Origin: an uncultured Pseudomonadales bacterium
Lineage (GTDB): Bacteria; Patescibacteriota; Microgenomatia; UBA1400; PJMF01
DNA: 64,000 nt
Direction of reading: 5' to 3'
Assembly: GCA_964625685.1 (NCBI GenBank)
Contig: CAZVBO010000001.1
Coordinates: 153,570-217,569 of the forward strand
Positions within the stretch are counted from its first letter, which is position 1, and each line of letters opens with the position of its first letter. The notes below the pieces were generated by a model. It did no database searches, was not told the DNA's origin, and was given only the letters and a program-made list of their open reading frames with translations. Shown here piece after piece: positions 18,819 to 28,070 of the stretch. The position numbers and the translations under genes were made by a program.

Positions 18819-20981
18819 ATGGGAAGACGGAAGAAACGCAAACCAATTAAACTGAAAATTAAGTCCGAAACTATTTACACAGTGGTAGGGCTATTTTTGA
18901 TTGTCTTAGGGGTCTTAATTTTGGTTTCTTTCTCTGGTCAAGGTGTTATTTTGCAACGGATGAATGATTACCTCGTGTTAAAGCTAGGGCTATCAATGAT
19001 CTTTTTACCGTTTGTCTTTATTTCTGCTGGTTTAGTCATGTTTCAAACCAAATGGGCTTGGTCTAAGCCTCATGTACTGTTGGGCACATTGATTATGATG
19101 ATGGGTGTCTTGGGTCTAGCTCGATCAGGCAGTATTGGCCTGAGTACCTATGAGAATTTAGCCCGGTTAGTTTCACCTTATGGAGCAGTAGCCATTTTTG
19201 CCTTTTTCTTTTTAAGTGGTCTATTTGTGATGATGCAGTTATCTATTACTGAGCTGATTGAGTTTTTGTCAAAACTATTCAATCGTCCCCGTAAAGCAGA
19301 TGTGGCTCCTGTTGCTGAAGATGACACTCAGAAACTGAAAGGCTTTAAAATTCCGAAACTCAGTTTGAACTTAGGGAAAAAAGAACCAGCTTTCACCGTC
19401 AATGATAACTCAGCAGTTCCAGTTGATGCTAAATTGATGGATGGAACGGCGGTTGTCGATGCCAAACCAGCTATGGGTAAAGGTGATGATTTAGGTGAAG
19501 GTACTATTCAAACCCCTGACACCGCTAATTTGATTTGGGAATACCCACCGTTATCCTTATTATCATCTTCCACCGGTGGTAAAGCTGACCGGGGTGATGT
19601 GAAGCAAAATGCTCAGACCATTGAAAATACGCTTGATTCTTTTGGAATTCGAGCCAAAGTAGTAGAAGTTAATAATGGTCCTTCGGTAACTCAATATGCC
19701 TTAGAGATTGCTAAAGGTACAAAGTTATCGAAGTTAACTGGGTTGTCCACTGACTTAGCTTTAGCTTTAGCAGCGCCTACCGGGCAAATCAGAATTGAGG
19801 CTCCCATTGCTGGTCGGTCACTGGTGGGTATTGAAGTCCCCAATAACTCGGCTCAATATGTGACTCTGAGAACCATGTTAAGCTCAGATACGATGCGGAA
19901 GCATAAATCCAAATTAGCCGTAGCTCTCGGTATTAATGTGGCAGGGAAACCAATTATTGTCGATATTGCGAATATGCCTCATGTTTTGATTGCTGGTGCT
20001 ACTGGATCTGGAAAATCTGTCTGTGTGAACTCATTTTTGTGTTCCATGTTATTCCGAGCCAGCCCAGCCGAAGTTAAGTTTATTTTAGTTGATCCGAAAC
20101 GAGTGGAACTAACTGGTTACAATGATATTCCTCATTTGTTGACGCCAGTGATTGTTGATCCTCCTAAGGTGGTGTCCGCTTTGAAATGGGCGACGGCCGA
20201 AATGGATCGTCGTTACAAGCAGTTAGCTGAAGTGGGTGTAAAGAATATTGCTGGTTATAACGAATTGGCTGGTTTTGTAGCCATGCCAAATATCGTGATT
20301 GTGATTGATGAATTAGCCGATATTATGTTGTTTGCGCCGTCTGAGGTAGAAGAAAGTGTCACCCGAATTGCTCAAATGGCTCGGGCGGTAGGAATTCACT
20401 TAGTGTTGGCTACCCAGCGTCCTTCGGTGGATGTTATTACCGGTTTGATTAAAGCCAACGTGCCGACTCGGATTGCCTTTAACGTGTCTTCGATGATGGA
20501 TTCTCGAGTTATTTTGGATGGACCCGGAGCAGAAAAATTGCTAGGAAGAGGAGATATGCTCTATATTCCTCCAGACCAAGCGAAACCAAGTCGGATTCAA
20601 GGTACTTTTGTGTCAGATCAAGAAGCACATAGTTTGATTGAATTCATTAAGTCTCAAGGTCAAAAACCAAATTATGAGGAAGATATTACGACGAAGTATA
20701 AGGCCAATACGGTCAAAGGTGGAGTGGGTGGTGATACGAGTGGGGGGGCTGAAGATCGAGATCCGCTGTTTAATGAAGCGGTGAAATTGTTCTCTCAATA
20801 TGACAAAGCTTCGTCTTCACTGATTCAGCGACGACTTTCAGTAGGATATGCTCGAGCAGCTCGCATCTTGGATCAACTCTATGAAGCAGGTATGGTCGGC
20901 CCTTCTGAGGGCAGTAAGCCTCGCGAAATTAATCACACGGTGTTGAAACAATACTTGGGTAGTTTAGAGAGTATGGAGTAG
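18819..20981 (+). CDS. ftsK: DNA translocase FtsK/SpoIIIE
   Basis: N-terminal TMs, PHVLIAGATGSGKS, IDELAD, ATQRPSVDV, gamma domain QRRLSVGYARAAR. Confidence 0.95.
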   Translation: MGRRKKRKPIKLKIKSETIYTVVGLFLIVLGVLILVSFSGQGVILQRMNDYLVLKLGLSMIFLPFVFISAGLVMFQTKWAWSKPHVLLGTLIMMMGVLGLARSGSIGLSTYENLARLVSPYGAVAIFAFFFLSGLFVMMQLSITELIEFLSKLFNRPRKADVAPVAEDDTQKLKGFKIPKLSLNLGKKEPAFTVNDNSAVPVDAKLMDGTAVVDAKPAMGKGDDLGEGTIQTPDTANLIWEYPPLSLLSSSTGGKADRGDVKQNAQTIENTLDSFGIRAKVVEVNNGPSVTQYALEIAKGTKLSKLTGLSTDLALALAAPTGQIRIEAPIAGRSLVGIEVPNNSAQYVTLRTMLSSDTMRKHKSKLAVALGINVAGKPIIVDIANMPHVLIAGATGSGKSVCVNSFLCSMLFRASPAEVKFILVDPKRVELTGYNDIPHLLTPVIVDPPKVVSALKWATAEMDRRYKQLAEVGVKNIAGYNELAGFVAMPNIVIVIDELADIMLFAPSEVEESVTRIAQMARAVGIHLVLATQRPSVDVITGLIKANVPTRIAFNVSSMMDSRVILDGPGAEKLLGRGDMLYIPPDQAKPSRIQGTFVSDQEAHSLIEFIKSQGQKPNYEEDITTKYKANTVKGGVGGDTSGGAEDRDPLFNEAVKLFSQYDKASSSLIQRRLSVGYARAARILDQLYEAGMVGPSEGSKPREINHTVLKQYLGSLESME

Positions 20982-21036
20982 GAGAAATTCACTCTTTTCT
21001 TTTGAATAAAATTATCCTATAATAATCATCTTACAT

Positions 21037-21444
21037 GGGGATGTATTGCTTTGACGTAATACGCACTTTAACATCTGCAAACCGTCTTTGATCAAAGACG
21101 TTAAACAGGTCACTTACAATAACTGGCAATATGCTCAGTAAAGTCCGTGATATGGCTGGTAGAGCTTTAGCTGCTATCAATCCATTCATGGATCCAAATT
21201 TTGCTTCCGTAGAAGCTTAACTAGGCATTCATGCTTTTACTCTCACTGATGGTAAAGTATGGGTGAAAACTCAGTCAGTGTGACATGAGTAAATTGGTAC
21301 GATTGCTCATTAAGATATAGTACCGGGGAAGGAGACACAGTTTGTTGTTTTACTGGCTTTTTCTTTAGACTCAAAGAACAACTAAGTTTGTAGATGATGT
21401 TATTTTGACTATTGCGGACGCGGGTTCATTACTCGCCATCTCCA
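21037..21444 (+). ncRNA. ssrA: tmRNA
   Basis: 5' GGGGATG...TTGAC; 3' GGACGCGGGTTCATTACTCGCCATCTCCA with G3.U pair; resume context ATAACT^GGC; tag ORF 21125-21220; TATAAT upstream. Confidence 0.9.
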
Positions 21445-21484
21445 CACTTCGACTTAATTTTCTTTCTTTACGAAGAAACTTGCT

Positions 21485-22324
21485 CTATATATTTTTATTA
21501 AAATATCTAATATATCTACCTAACTTAGGGTTTGAAATAATATTATACTGTTTAAGCTTCTGTATGAAAGAAAGATAAAAAATAAAAAGAGTTATTAGTT
21601 CCATCTCAATATCGTCACTAGTTTGACCTAAAAGTAAATCGTAACTATGAGAATTTTTTCTTATAAAACTATTAGAACCTGATAGATTGACATGGGTGAA
21701 GTCAGAGAGAAATCTATATACAATTTGATATTGATGTTCAAAAGGATGGAATGCGTTCTTATTTTTCTTCCCTTTTTGTCTCCTATCAGCAATTCGTGCT
21801 CTTTCTAGAAGATTCTTTTCAAAGAATGTTGCGTTTTCAAGATCTTTCTTTTTGCTAAACCTAAGACCTTTTTCTCTAAGCTTATTCAAGTCATAGTTAA
21901 TTTTTTTTCTCATGTTATTGAGCATATTTGGCGACAGAATTGAATTTTCTGTAACCCAAGGATATTTATTAGAAAATTTTTCCATTTCTTCGACATGTCC
22001 TAGCTTTTCGAAACTGTCATGCATAATTAGTGCAAAAAGTCGATTGTTGCTATTGTGACTTAAAAAATAACCCATGTTTATCCATACCTCAAGCATAGCT
22101 CGTAATAGAACTAAAGCAGGTTTTGGTCTAAACTGGCTACAAAGTTCAAAGACAGCTTCACCATAACTATGAATAACACCAAAATTTTGAAGAAGATAAA
22201 TTTGCTTTAGCGTTAATTGACTTACATATATTTTTTTGTTATCAAAGGTATGAATACTCGATTTCATCATATCTCTAATTATTTTTTGTAATTCTAAAGT
22301 TTCAGGAGTGTGTTGTAGCTGCAT
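21485..22324 (-). CDS. AT-rich hypothetical protein, DUF5677/HEPN-like
   Basis: ALVLLRAMLE and YRFLSDFTH motifs; visibly more AT-rich than its neighbours; directly 3' of ssrA. Confidence 0.55.
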   Translation of the reverse strand: MQLQHTPETLELQKIIRDMMKSSIHTFDNKKIYVSQLTLKQIYLLQNFGVIHSYGEAVFELCSQFRPKPALVLLRAMLEVWINMGYFLSHNSNNRLFALIMHDSFEKLGHVEEMEKFSNKYPWVTENSILSPNMLNNMRKKINYDLNKLREKGLRFSKKKDLENATFFEKNLLERARIADRRQKGKKNKNAFHPFEHQYQIVYRFLSDFTHVNLSGSNSFIRKNSHSYDLLLGQTSDDIEMELITLFIFYLSFIQKLKQYNIISNPKLGRYIRYFNKNI

Positions 22325-22374
22325 ACAATTATTGAAAAAATTAGTCGAAATAAATGATAGTTATAGTATATTAT

Positions 22375-23022
22375 CTAGCTCCCGTGTGCCAAAGTAACTC
22401 CAATTACTGTTTTCGCTCCATATTTTTTCAAAACTTTAGCACATTCATTTAAAGTGGTGCCGGTGGTAGTCACATCATCAATAATCATAATTGACTTGTC
22501 TTTGATTAATTGAAGCTCAATCTTTTGATCTAATTCAAAAATATCCTTAAGGTTACTGAGGCGTTTCTCTTTATCGTGTAGTGAGGCTTGATTGACGGTG
22601 TGTCTGGTGCGAATTAATAGATTTAGATAGGGAATATCTTGTTGTCGGCTCACTTCTTGAGCCATCATTTCTGCTTGATTAAAACCGCGATCCTTTTGAC
22701 GTTTTGGATGCAAGGGAACACTGGTGATGAGATCGACAGTGGGCAAGTTCATAGTGTAATCAATCAACTGACCGGCAAATGTAGCGAGCCCTTTGACATG
22801 ACTGTACTTCATTTCTTTAATGAGATTGGAGATGGGGAAACCGTAGTGGGCGCAGGAAAGCAACTGATCTAAAGAGATATCATCCAGTTTTAAAGTAATG
22901 GGCAAGGTAAAAAAATGAATTTGTTCGTAACAGTTTTGACAGAGATAGGTGAAGGGCTTGCTGCAACCGACGCAGAAGCGGGGAAAGAGGAGTTCTTGGA
23001 GGATTTTCCAAAGGGATTTCAC
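22375..23022 (-). CDS. comF: ComF family phosphoribosyltransferase-like competence protein
   Basis: CVGC...CQNC zinc ribbon, VPLH..RGFNQA, IIDDVTTTGTT. Confidence 0.9.
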   Translation of the reverse strand: MKSLWKILQELLFPRFCVGCSKPFTYLCQNCYEQIHFFTLPITLKLDDISLDQLLSCAHYGFPISNLIKEMKYSHVKGLATFAGQLIDYTMNLPTVDLITSVPLHPKRQKDRGFNQAEMMAQEVSRQQDIPYLNLLIRTRHTVNQASLHDKEKRLSNLKDIFELDQKIELQLIKDKSIMIIDDVTTTGTTLNECAKVLKKYGAKTVIGVTLAHGS

Positions 23023-23200
23023 TTTGTTAACTAACTCATTTCTGTATCAAAATTAAAATAAATTTTCTCGCTTTATTCCTTCGTAAATCTCGCCGATGGA
23101 AGTAATACTCACCATGCAATCTATAGCCAGATCGGCTCAGACTCAGTCATTCATCGAAAAAATTTATTTTTTATTTTACCGACCAAAAGTGACAAAGAAG

Positions 23201-24925
23201 TTACTTTGTTTTTTCTGTTTCCAGAAGTTGTTGTAGTTGTAGGACATTTGGATCGTGAGGAAATTCGTGTCGAAGAACTTCGATCAATTTTTGGGCACGG
23301 TCATATTTTTCTTGGAGGAGATAAATTTTAATCAAGGGAATATAGGAAAGATAAAATTGAGGACTCATTCTGAGAACGGTTTCAAATTCTTGTATTGCTT
23401 CATCATACTTGCCCAAACTCGCATATTCGTTGCCTAAATTATGATGGGTTTGGGGATAAATATCCGATAGTCGAATGGCGGCTTGGTACTGTTCAATGGC
23501 TAGTTCGCTTTGGCGTTTTTCTGAATACGCCATAGCTAAATTATTATGAATTCGGGCTGATTCAGTATATTGAAGTAGATGGGTGTAAAGAGAGATGGGA
23601 CTTCGCCACAACCAGTTTTGATGGAGGGTGAGTAAACAGAGTGTAATTATAAAGATAGAAGTGATGCCATAAATAGATTTTCGCAAGAAAGTCATTCGTG
23701 ATAACAGGGATAAAGGGATAAAGGGGGAAAGCAATTGAAAAAGTCGGAACCAAAAGAGCCAAAAACCTACCATGGGCACATAAAGCCAATGTTCATACAT
23801 TAAGCCATTGATGGGAATAATGCCACTGACGGGGGTGAGGCCAATAGCAAACCAGAGTGCTCCAAAAAGAAGCCACACTTTTTTCGTTTGGCGATATTCC
23901 CAGATACTGAGCCCGATAATAATTAGAGTGAGGGCAATTGTCGCCACTAATAGTGGCGGCACTGGTTGCGTCACCAGATCAACATTCCGATCCATATATA
24001 AGGGATGTGGCCAGAACAGAAGTTTGAAGTACTGCCAGAGCACTGAATTAAAGGTCATTAATCGAACCCAGAGATGAGTCGTATAGAGATTGGTTTCTCC
24101 ATAGAGGTTAAAGGAATTGCTAAAGTTGAGGACAGTGGCTCTCAGTCCCATATAACCTACTGCAATCAAAAATTGACTACAAAAATAGAGGAGATGTGAA
24201 ACATGTTTTTTGAAAAAAGATAGTAAGTTTTGCCAACCAACTTGATGAATGCCAACCACCAAGATAACTAAAAATTGCAAACCTAAAGTCATAATGCCTA
24301 TTTCTTTAGAGAAGATACTCGCTATGTAAGCTAAGGAAGAGAAGATGAGCAAACTTACTTTACCGAATTGAAGTGTTTCGTTGTACAGGTTGATACTTAT
24401 TTTTTTGTGTCTAAACGAAAGAGATAATAAGTATAAAGATAAAAAAGCAAAAAAAGTGTAGAGTGAGTCACCACGCGAGTTCATATACACCACGGCTTCA
24501 GTTTGAAGTGGATGGATCAGAAAAATCAGAGAGACTAAAAATGGTAAGTTCAAGAAAGGTTTTCTTTTGTAGTCAAAACTCAATTCAATCAAAATCAAAA
24601 AAAGAAAGATTCCACTTGTGGTATGTAGCAAGGTGTTGGTTAAATGAAAACCGAATGGTCTCAATCCCCAGATAGCATGGTCAATAGCAAAGCTGAGTGT
24701 GGTAAGTGGCCGGTAATAGTCACTTTGTTCACCAGCTCCAGCAATAGTATTGGTGGAAAAAATTTTAGAAATATTTGCAGTTAGCACATACTCATTGCGA
24801 TAAATGAATTGTTCGTCATCCCAGACAAACTGATTACCAAAAGAAGGTAAGTAGAGTAGAAAACCTATCAAGACGAGTAAAAGTAACTGTTTTTTGAGCA
24901 CGTGAACAGAATACCATGTTTTCAA
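23201..24925 (-). CDS. TMTC-like membrane glycosyltransferase with C-terminal TPRs
   Basis: FVWDD, YYRPL, HPLQTEAV, SKE, EHWLYVP, TPR repeats. Confidence 0.8.
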   Translation of the reverse strand: MKTWYSVHVLKKQLLLLVLIGFLLYLPSFGNQFVWDDEQFIYRNEYVLTANISKIFSTNTIAGAGEQSDYYRPLTTLSFAIDHAIWGLRPFGFHLTNTLLHTTSGIFLFLILIELSFDYKRKPFLNLPFLVSLIFLIHPLQTEAVVYMNSRGDSLYTFFAFLSLYLLSLSFRHKKISINLYNETLQFGKVSLLIFSSLAYIASIFSKEIGIMTLGLQFLVILVVGIHQVGWQNLLSFFKKHVSHLLYFCSQFLIAVGYMGLRATVLNFSNSFNLYGETNLYTTHLWVRLMTFNSVLWQYFKLLFWPHPLYMDRNVDLVTQPVPPLLVATIALTLIIIGLSIWEYRQTKKVWLLFGALWFAIGLTPVSGIIPINGLMYEHWLYVPMVGFWLFWFRLFQLLSPFIPLSLLSRMTFLRKSIYGITSIFIITLCLLTLHQNWLWRSPISLYTHLLQYTESARIHNNLAMAYSEKRQSELAIEQYQAAIRLSDIYPQTHHNLGNEYASLGKYDEAIQEFETVLRMSPQFYLSYIPLIKIYLLQEKYDRAQKLIEVLRHEFPHDPNVLQLQQLLETEKTK

Positions 24926-24975
24926 GGGGGAATGATATAATAACGATTGTACTTTCTTGGTCGATTAGCTCAGTT

Positions 24976-25005
24976 TCCCGCAGAGCGGGACCAGCCTCTG
25001 GCTGG
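24976..25005. repeat. 30-bp twin-hairpin element, copy 1
   Basis: TCCCGC-AGA-GCGGGA CCAGCC-TCT-GGCTGG. Confidence 0.85.
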
Positions 25006-25056
25006 GGTTAGACCTGTTGTCAGACAGACACACGATATAGACTTGGTTAAGTATAA

Positions 25057-25130
25057 GGTCGTATAGCTCAGTTGGTTAGAGCGCGCCGTTCACATCGGCG
25101 AGGTCTCTGGTTCGAGTCCAGATACGACCA
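25057..25130 (+). tRNA. tRNA-Val(CAC)
   Basis: Acceptor GGTCGTA/TACGACC; anticodon arm CGCCG-TTCACAT-CGGCG; T-loop TTCGAGT. Confidence 0.93.
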
Positions 25131-25171
25131 CATTTCCTGATATTTCAGGTTCGAGTCCTGAATCGAGCACT

Positions 25172-26224
25172 TTAAATCAATCCAAACTTCTCAAAAACTT
25201 GTCTCACATCTTCACTACTATTCGCTTTGACTAACTCAATTCTGATTTCTCGCGCATTTTCAATGCCTTTGATATACCAACCCAAATGTTTCCGCATGGG
25301 GAAAAAGCCATATTTTTCATCTTGGCCATAGGTTTGTTCATAAAGCTGAGCATGTTCGAGAGCAATCTGCGCCATCTGATGAGCTGGATGTTCACTTGGT
25401 TGTTGTTCAAAGACAAAGGGATTTCCAAAGCTGGCTCGGCCAATTAAGACCCCATCAGTATGGTATTGTTCTGATTTCTTGATACCATCTTGGTAGGATT
25501 GCACATCTCCATTGCCCAAGATTAGAGTATCTGTTTGGTGAATTAACTCGGCTGCTTGGGCAATATACTCCCACTGAGCTTGACCAGTATAGGCCTGGCG
25601 GAGAGTACGGCCATGAATGCCAATGATACTGGGTTCCATTTCCAGTAGTGTGGGGATCCACTCATCAATGACAGGCTGATCGTACCCAATGCGTGTTTTG
25701 ACCGAGATAGGTGGAGGAGTAAAGACAGTTGATTCTTGATGTCTTTGCTCTACGACTCGCCAAATATTTTCAGTAATATCTTTGCAGTCTCGACTTCTTT
25801 TACCATTAAGATAGTCCTGAACACCAGCTTTGGTTTGGCGAATAATTTCTTGTGCGAGCTGGGGAGTTTTAATCAATGAAGCTCCAGCACCGGAATGAGC
25901 GACACTTTTGGCAGGACAACCCATGTTAATATCAATGCCATCAAAACCTAGTTCACATAAAACTATAGCTGTTTGTCGAAAAAAATCAGGAGTCGTCCCG
26001 TAAATTTGAGCAATGATGGGATGTTGAGTTTCATCAAGTAAGAAATCTTTGAGTAACCGGTCGGCGCCATGACAAACCCCTTCGACACTGGTAAATTCAG
26101 TATAGATGACATCGGGGCAGCCGTACTTTTTAGTAATGGCCCGAAAAGGATAATCAGTCACTCCATCCATGGGAGAGAGACCGATAATCGGTAAAGATAG
26201 CTGGTGCCAAAAATCATTTTTCAC
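25172..26224 (-). CDS. dus: tRNA-dihydrouridine synthase
   Basis: SPMDGVTD, DINMGCP, VKTRIG, IHGRT, GNGDV, MRKHLGWY. Confidence 0.92.
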   Translation of the reverse strand: MKNDFWHQLSLPIIGLSPMDGVTDYPFRAITKKYGCPDVIYTEFTSVEGVCHGADRLLKDFLLDETQHPIIAQIYGTTPDFFRQTAIVLCELGFDGIDINMGCPAKSVAHSGAGASLIKTPQLAQEIIRQTKAGVQDYLNGKRSRDCKDITENIWRVVEQRHQESTVFTPPPISVKTRIGYDQPVIDEWIPTLLEMEPSIIGIHGRTLRQAYTGQAQWEYIAQAAELIHQTDTLILGNGDVQSYQDGIKKSEQYHTDGVLIGRASFGNPFVFEQQPSEHPAHQMAQIALEHAQLYEQTYGQDEKYGFFPMRKHLGWYIKGIENAREIRIELVKANSSEDVRQVFEKFGLI

Positions 26225-26282
26225 AAAGGGGATTATACAGCAGTTTTATGTGAATATTGAGTAATTGGTGTTTGAAAATTCT

Positions 26283-28043
26283 CTATGATTCAATATCGTT
26301 CAGAATTTGGAGTAACGTTTGGTAAGCATGATTTGTCATTGCAAAGTGATAGACTTCAAGATATTGAGCAAGAAGTGGTTTGTAACGAGATACATTATTT
26401 TCGGTGGCAGTTTCCGCAAATTGGGCAATGCGGTCGATTCGCAGGAAAGCATATTCTTTTTTAAATTGGTGTTGTGAATGTAATTCATGAAGTAAGTAAC
26501 GAAAGTCAGTATAAGTCGTCTCTGTTTGATAAAAACTAGGACCTTCCTTTTGGTAATTGAGGTGAAGCTGTGTGACTTCCGGACCAATTTCTAGTGATTG
26601 ATTGAGTAAAGTGGGATTGGCTTGCTGATCATAAGCAATTAAGGTGAGGTCCACCAACGACATTTTGCTTTGACTAAATTCAAGAGTGTAAATATCACTG
26701 GTTGGTTTAGGAATGAGATAAAGATAATAGAGTGAAGTGGAACGATGATTACTGTCGACATCATCTTGAATTCTTTCTGTAAAGTTCTGAGTGGGAATAA
26801 TCTGATCAACACTATTTTTGACAGTGAGTGTTATGTTTGATTTTGAACCTATTAAAATGTAACTTAGATCAGTATGGCTGGGAGTAAACAGCCGACTGGA
26901 TAAAATTTCCGGATATTGGCTTAAAAATCTTCGATCATAAATCGGATCACTGGTATAAATATCGGTTTGGTCAGCCGTGTAACCCTTTCCCATAAAAAAA
27001 TGGTCTCTCATTTGTAAGATAAACGGTTGGTCAAGATTAATTAAATCTAGATAATTTTGGAAAGTGGGATCAAGATTGACAGTGTACTCCAGTTTCGGTG
27101 TATTTAGGACTGTACTCATTTGGTAAGTCAGCCGGGTGGCCGCTAACCAATTGACTAATCCCTGCCCAATATATCCATCCGGTTGACTTTTTAACCAGGT
27201 GTTGAGATTCGCTGGGTTCATTGGTGACTGATCTGGCAACTGATTAATTCCGTGATAATTCAGAATTGAAGCCAGTGAAGAGAGAGCACAGCCCCAATGA
27301 TAAATGGAGGGATGATTCGACCAAGTACTGGCTGAATCATATTCGTCAAAGGCCCACTGGCTGTCTGATTGTTTAAACTGAGTCAGTGGTAATATTTTCC
27401 CGTAATCTCTATCATCGAGTGATTGAACGATAATATTATCCCAGTAAATTACAGTGGGATAAGCAGCTCCCGTACTGGCTTTTAACCCAACTTTTCCACC
27501 AGTTCCATCCCAAGTAGGATCAATTCCTTCATAAATTTGTTCGTCATTCAGATAAATAGTCAGTACTTCGTCATGAAGTTCTAAAGCAATTTGATTTACC
27601 TCCCCCTCTTTTAAACTAAAAGCAAAACCTTTTTCAAAGGCAGCTTGGCCATTAGTAGCTTTAAACCAGTAGCCACCGTTCGCTACAATATGAATTTCTT
27701 GCCAGTTATTTTCATCTTGGTAACGAAATGAAATATTTCGATCAATACCTTCAGCTGGAAAAAAGTCAAACTGGTAGCGAATATTGATCCACTCCTGGTT
27801 CCAATATTCATCTTTCGGCACCAGTTCAATGATCTGGTAAGGACGGGGAATCGTAGCTGTTAAATGGTTGTCAATAACTGCCCAATAGCTATCATTGCCT
27901 CGGGTGCTATTCCATTTTTCTAAACCATTTTCAAAACTGTCAGTAAACAGTACTGTTTCGGCATGTACTTTTGGAACAGGCTGTGTGAGCATACAATATG
28001 CTAGGAGCAGAAAAAGAGGAAACAACCTTTTTCTGATTTTCAT
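26283..28043 (-). CDS. Secreted protein with a lectin-like (DUF1080-like) domain and a C39-like cysteine peptidase domain
   Basis: Signal peptide; FKQSDSQW...WGCALSS...HF...DP motif order. Confidence 0.6.
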   Translation of the reverse strand: MKIRKRLFPLFLLLAYCMLTQPVPKVHAETVLFTDSFENGLEKWNSTRGNDSYWAVIDNHLTATIPRPYQIIELVPKDEYWNQEWINIRYQFDFFPAEGIDRNISFRYQDENNWQEIHIVANGGYWFKATNGQAAFEKGFAFSLKEGEVNQIALELHDEVLTIYLNDEQIYEGIDPTWDGTGGKVGLKASTGAAYPTVIYWDNIIVQSLDDRDYGKILPLTQFKQSDSQWAFDEYDSASTWSNHPSIYHWGCALSSLASILNYHGINQLPDQSPMNPANLNTWLKSQPDGYIGQGLVNWLAATRLTYQMSTVLNTPKLEYTVNLDPTFQNYLDLINLDQPFILQMRDHFFMGKGYTADQTDIYTSDPIYDRRFLSQYPEILSSRLFTPSHTDLSYILIGSKSNITLTVKNSVDQIIPTQNFTERIQDDVDSNHRSTSLYYLYLIPKPTSDIYTLEFSQSKMSLVDLTLIAYDQQANPTLLNQSLEIGPEVTQLHLNYQKEGPSFYQTETTYTDFRYLLHELHSQHQFKKEYAFLRIDRIAQFAETATENNVSRYKPLLAQYLEVYHFAMTNHAYQTLLQILNDIES

Positions 28044-28070
28044 GATGCTATCTAAACATGGGAAAGTTAC

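Larger units (their letters stand above)
24959..25169 (+). pseudogene. Disrupted outer tRNA remnant enclosing the intact tRNA-Val(CAC)
   Basis: 5' half GGTCGATTAGCTCAGTT[30 bp]GGTTAGA; 3' half TCAGGTTCGAGTCCTGAATCGAGCA; acceptor strands pair at 6 of 7 positions. Confidence 0.7.
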
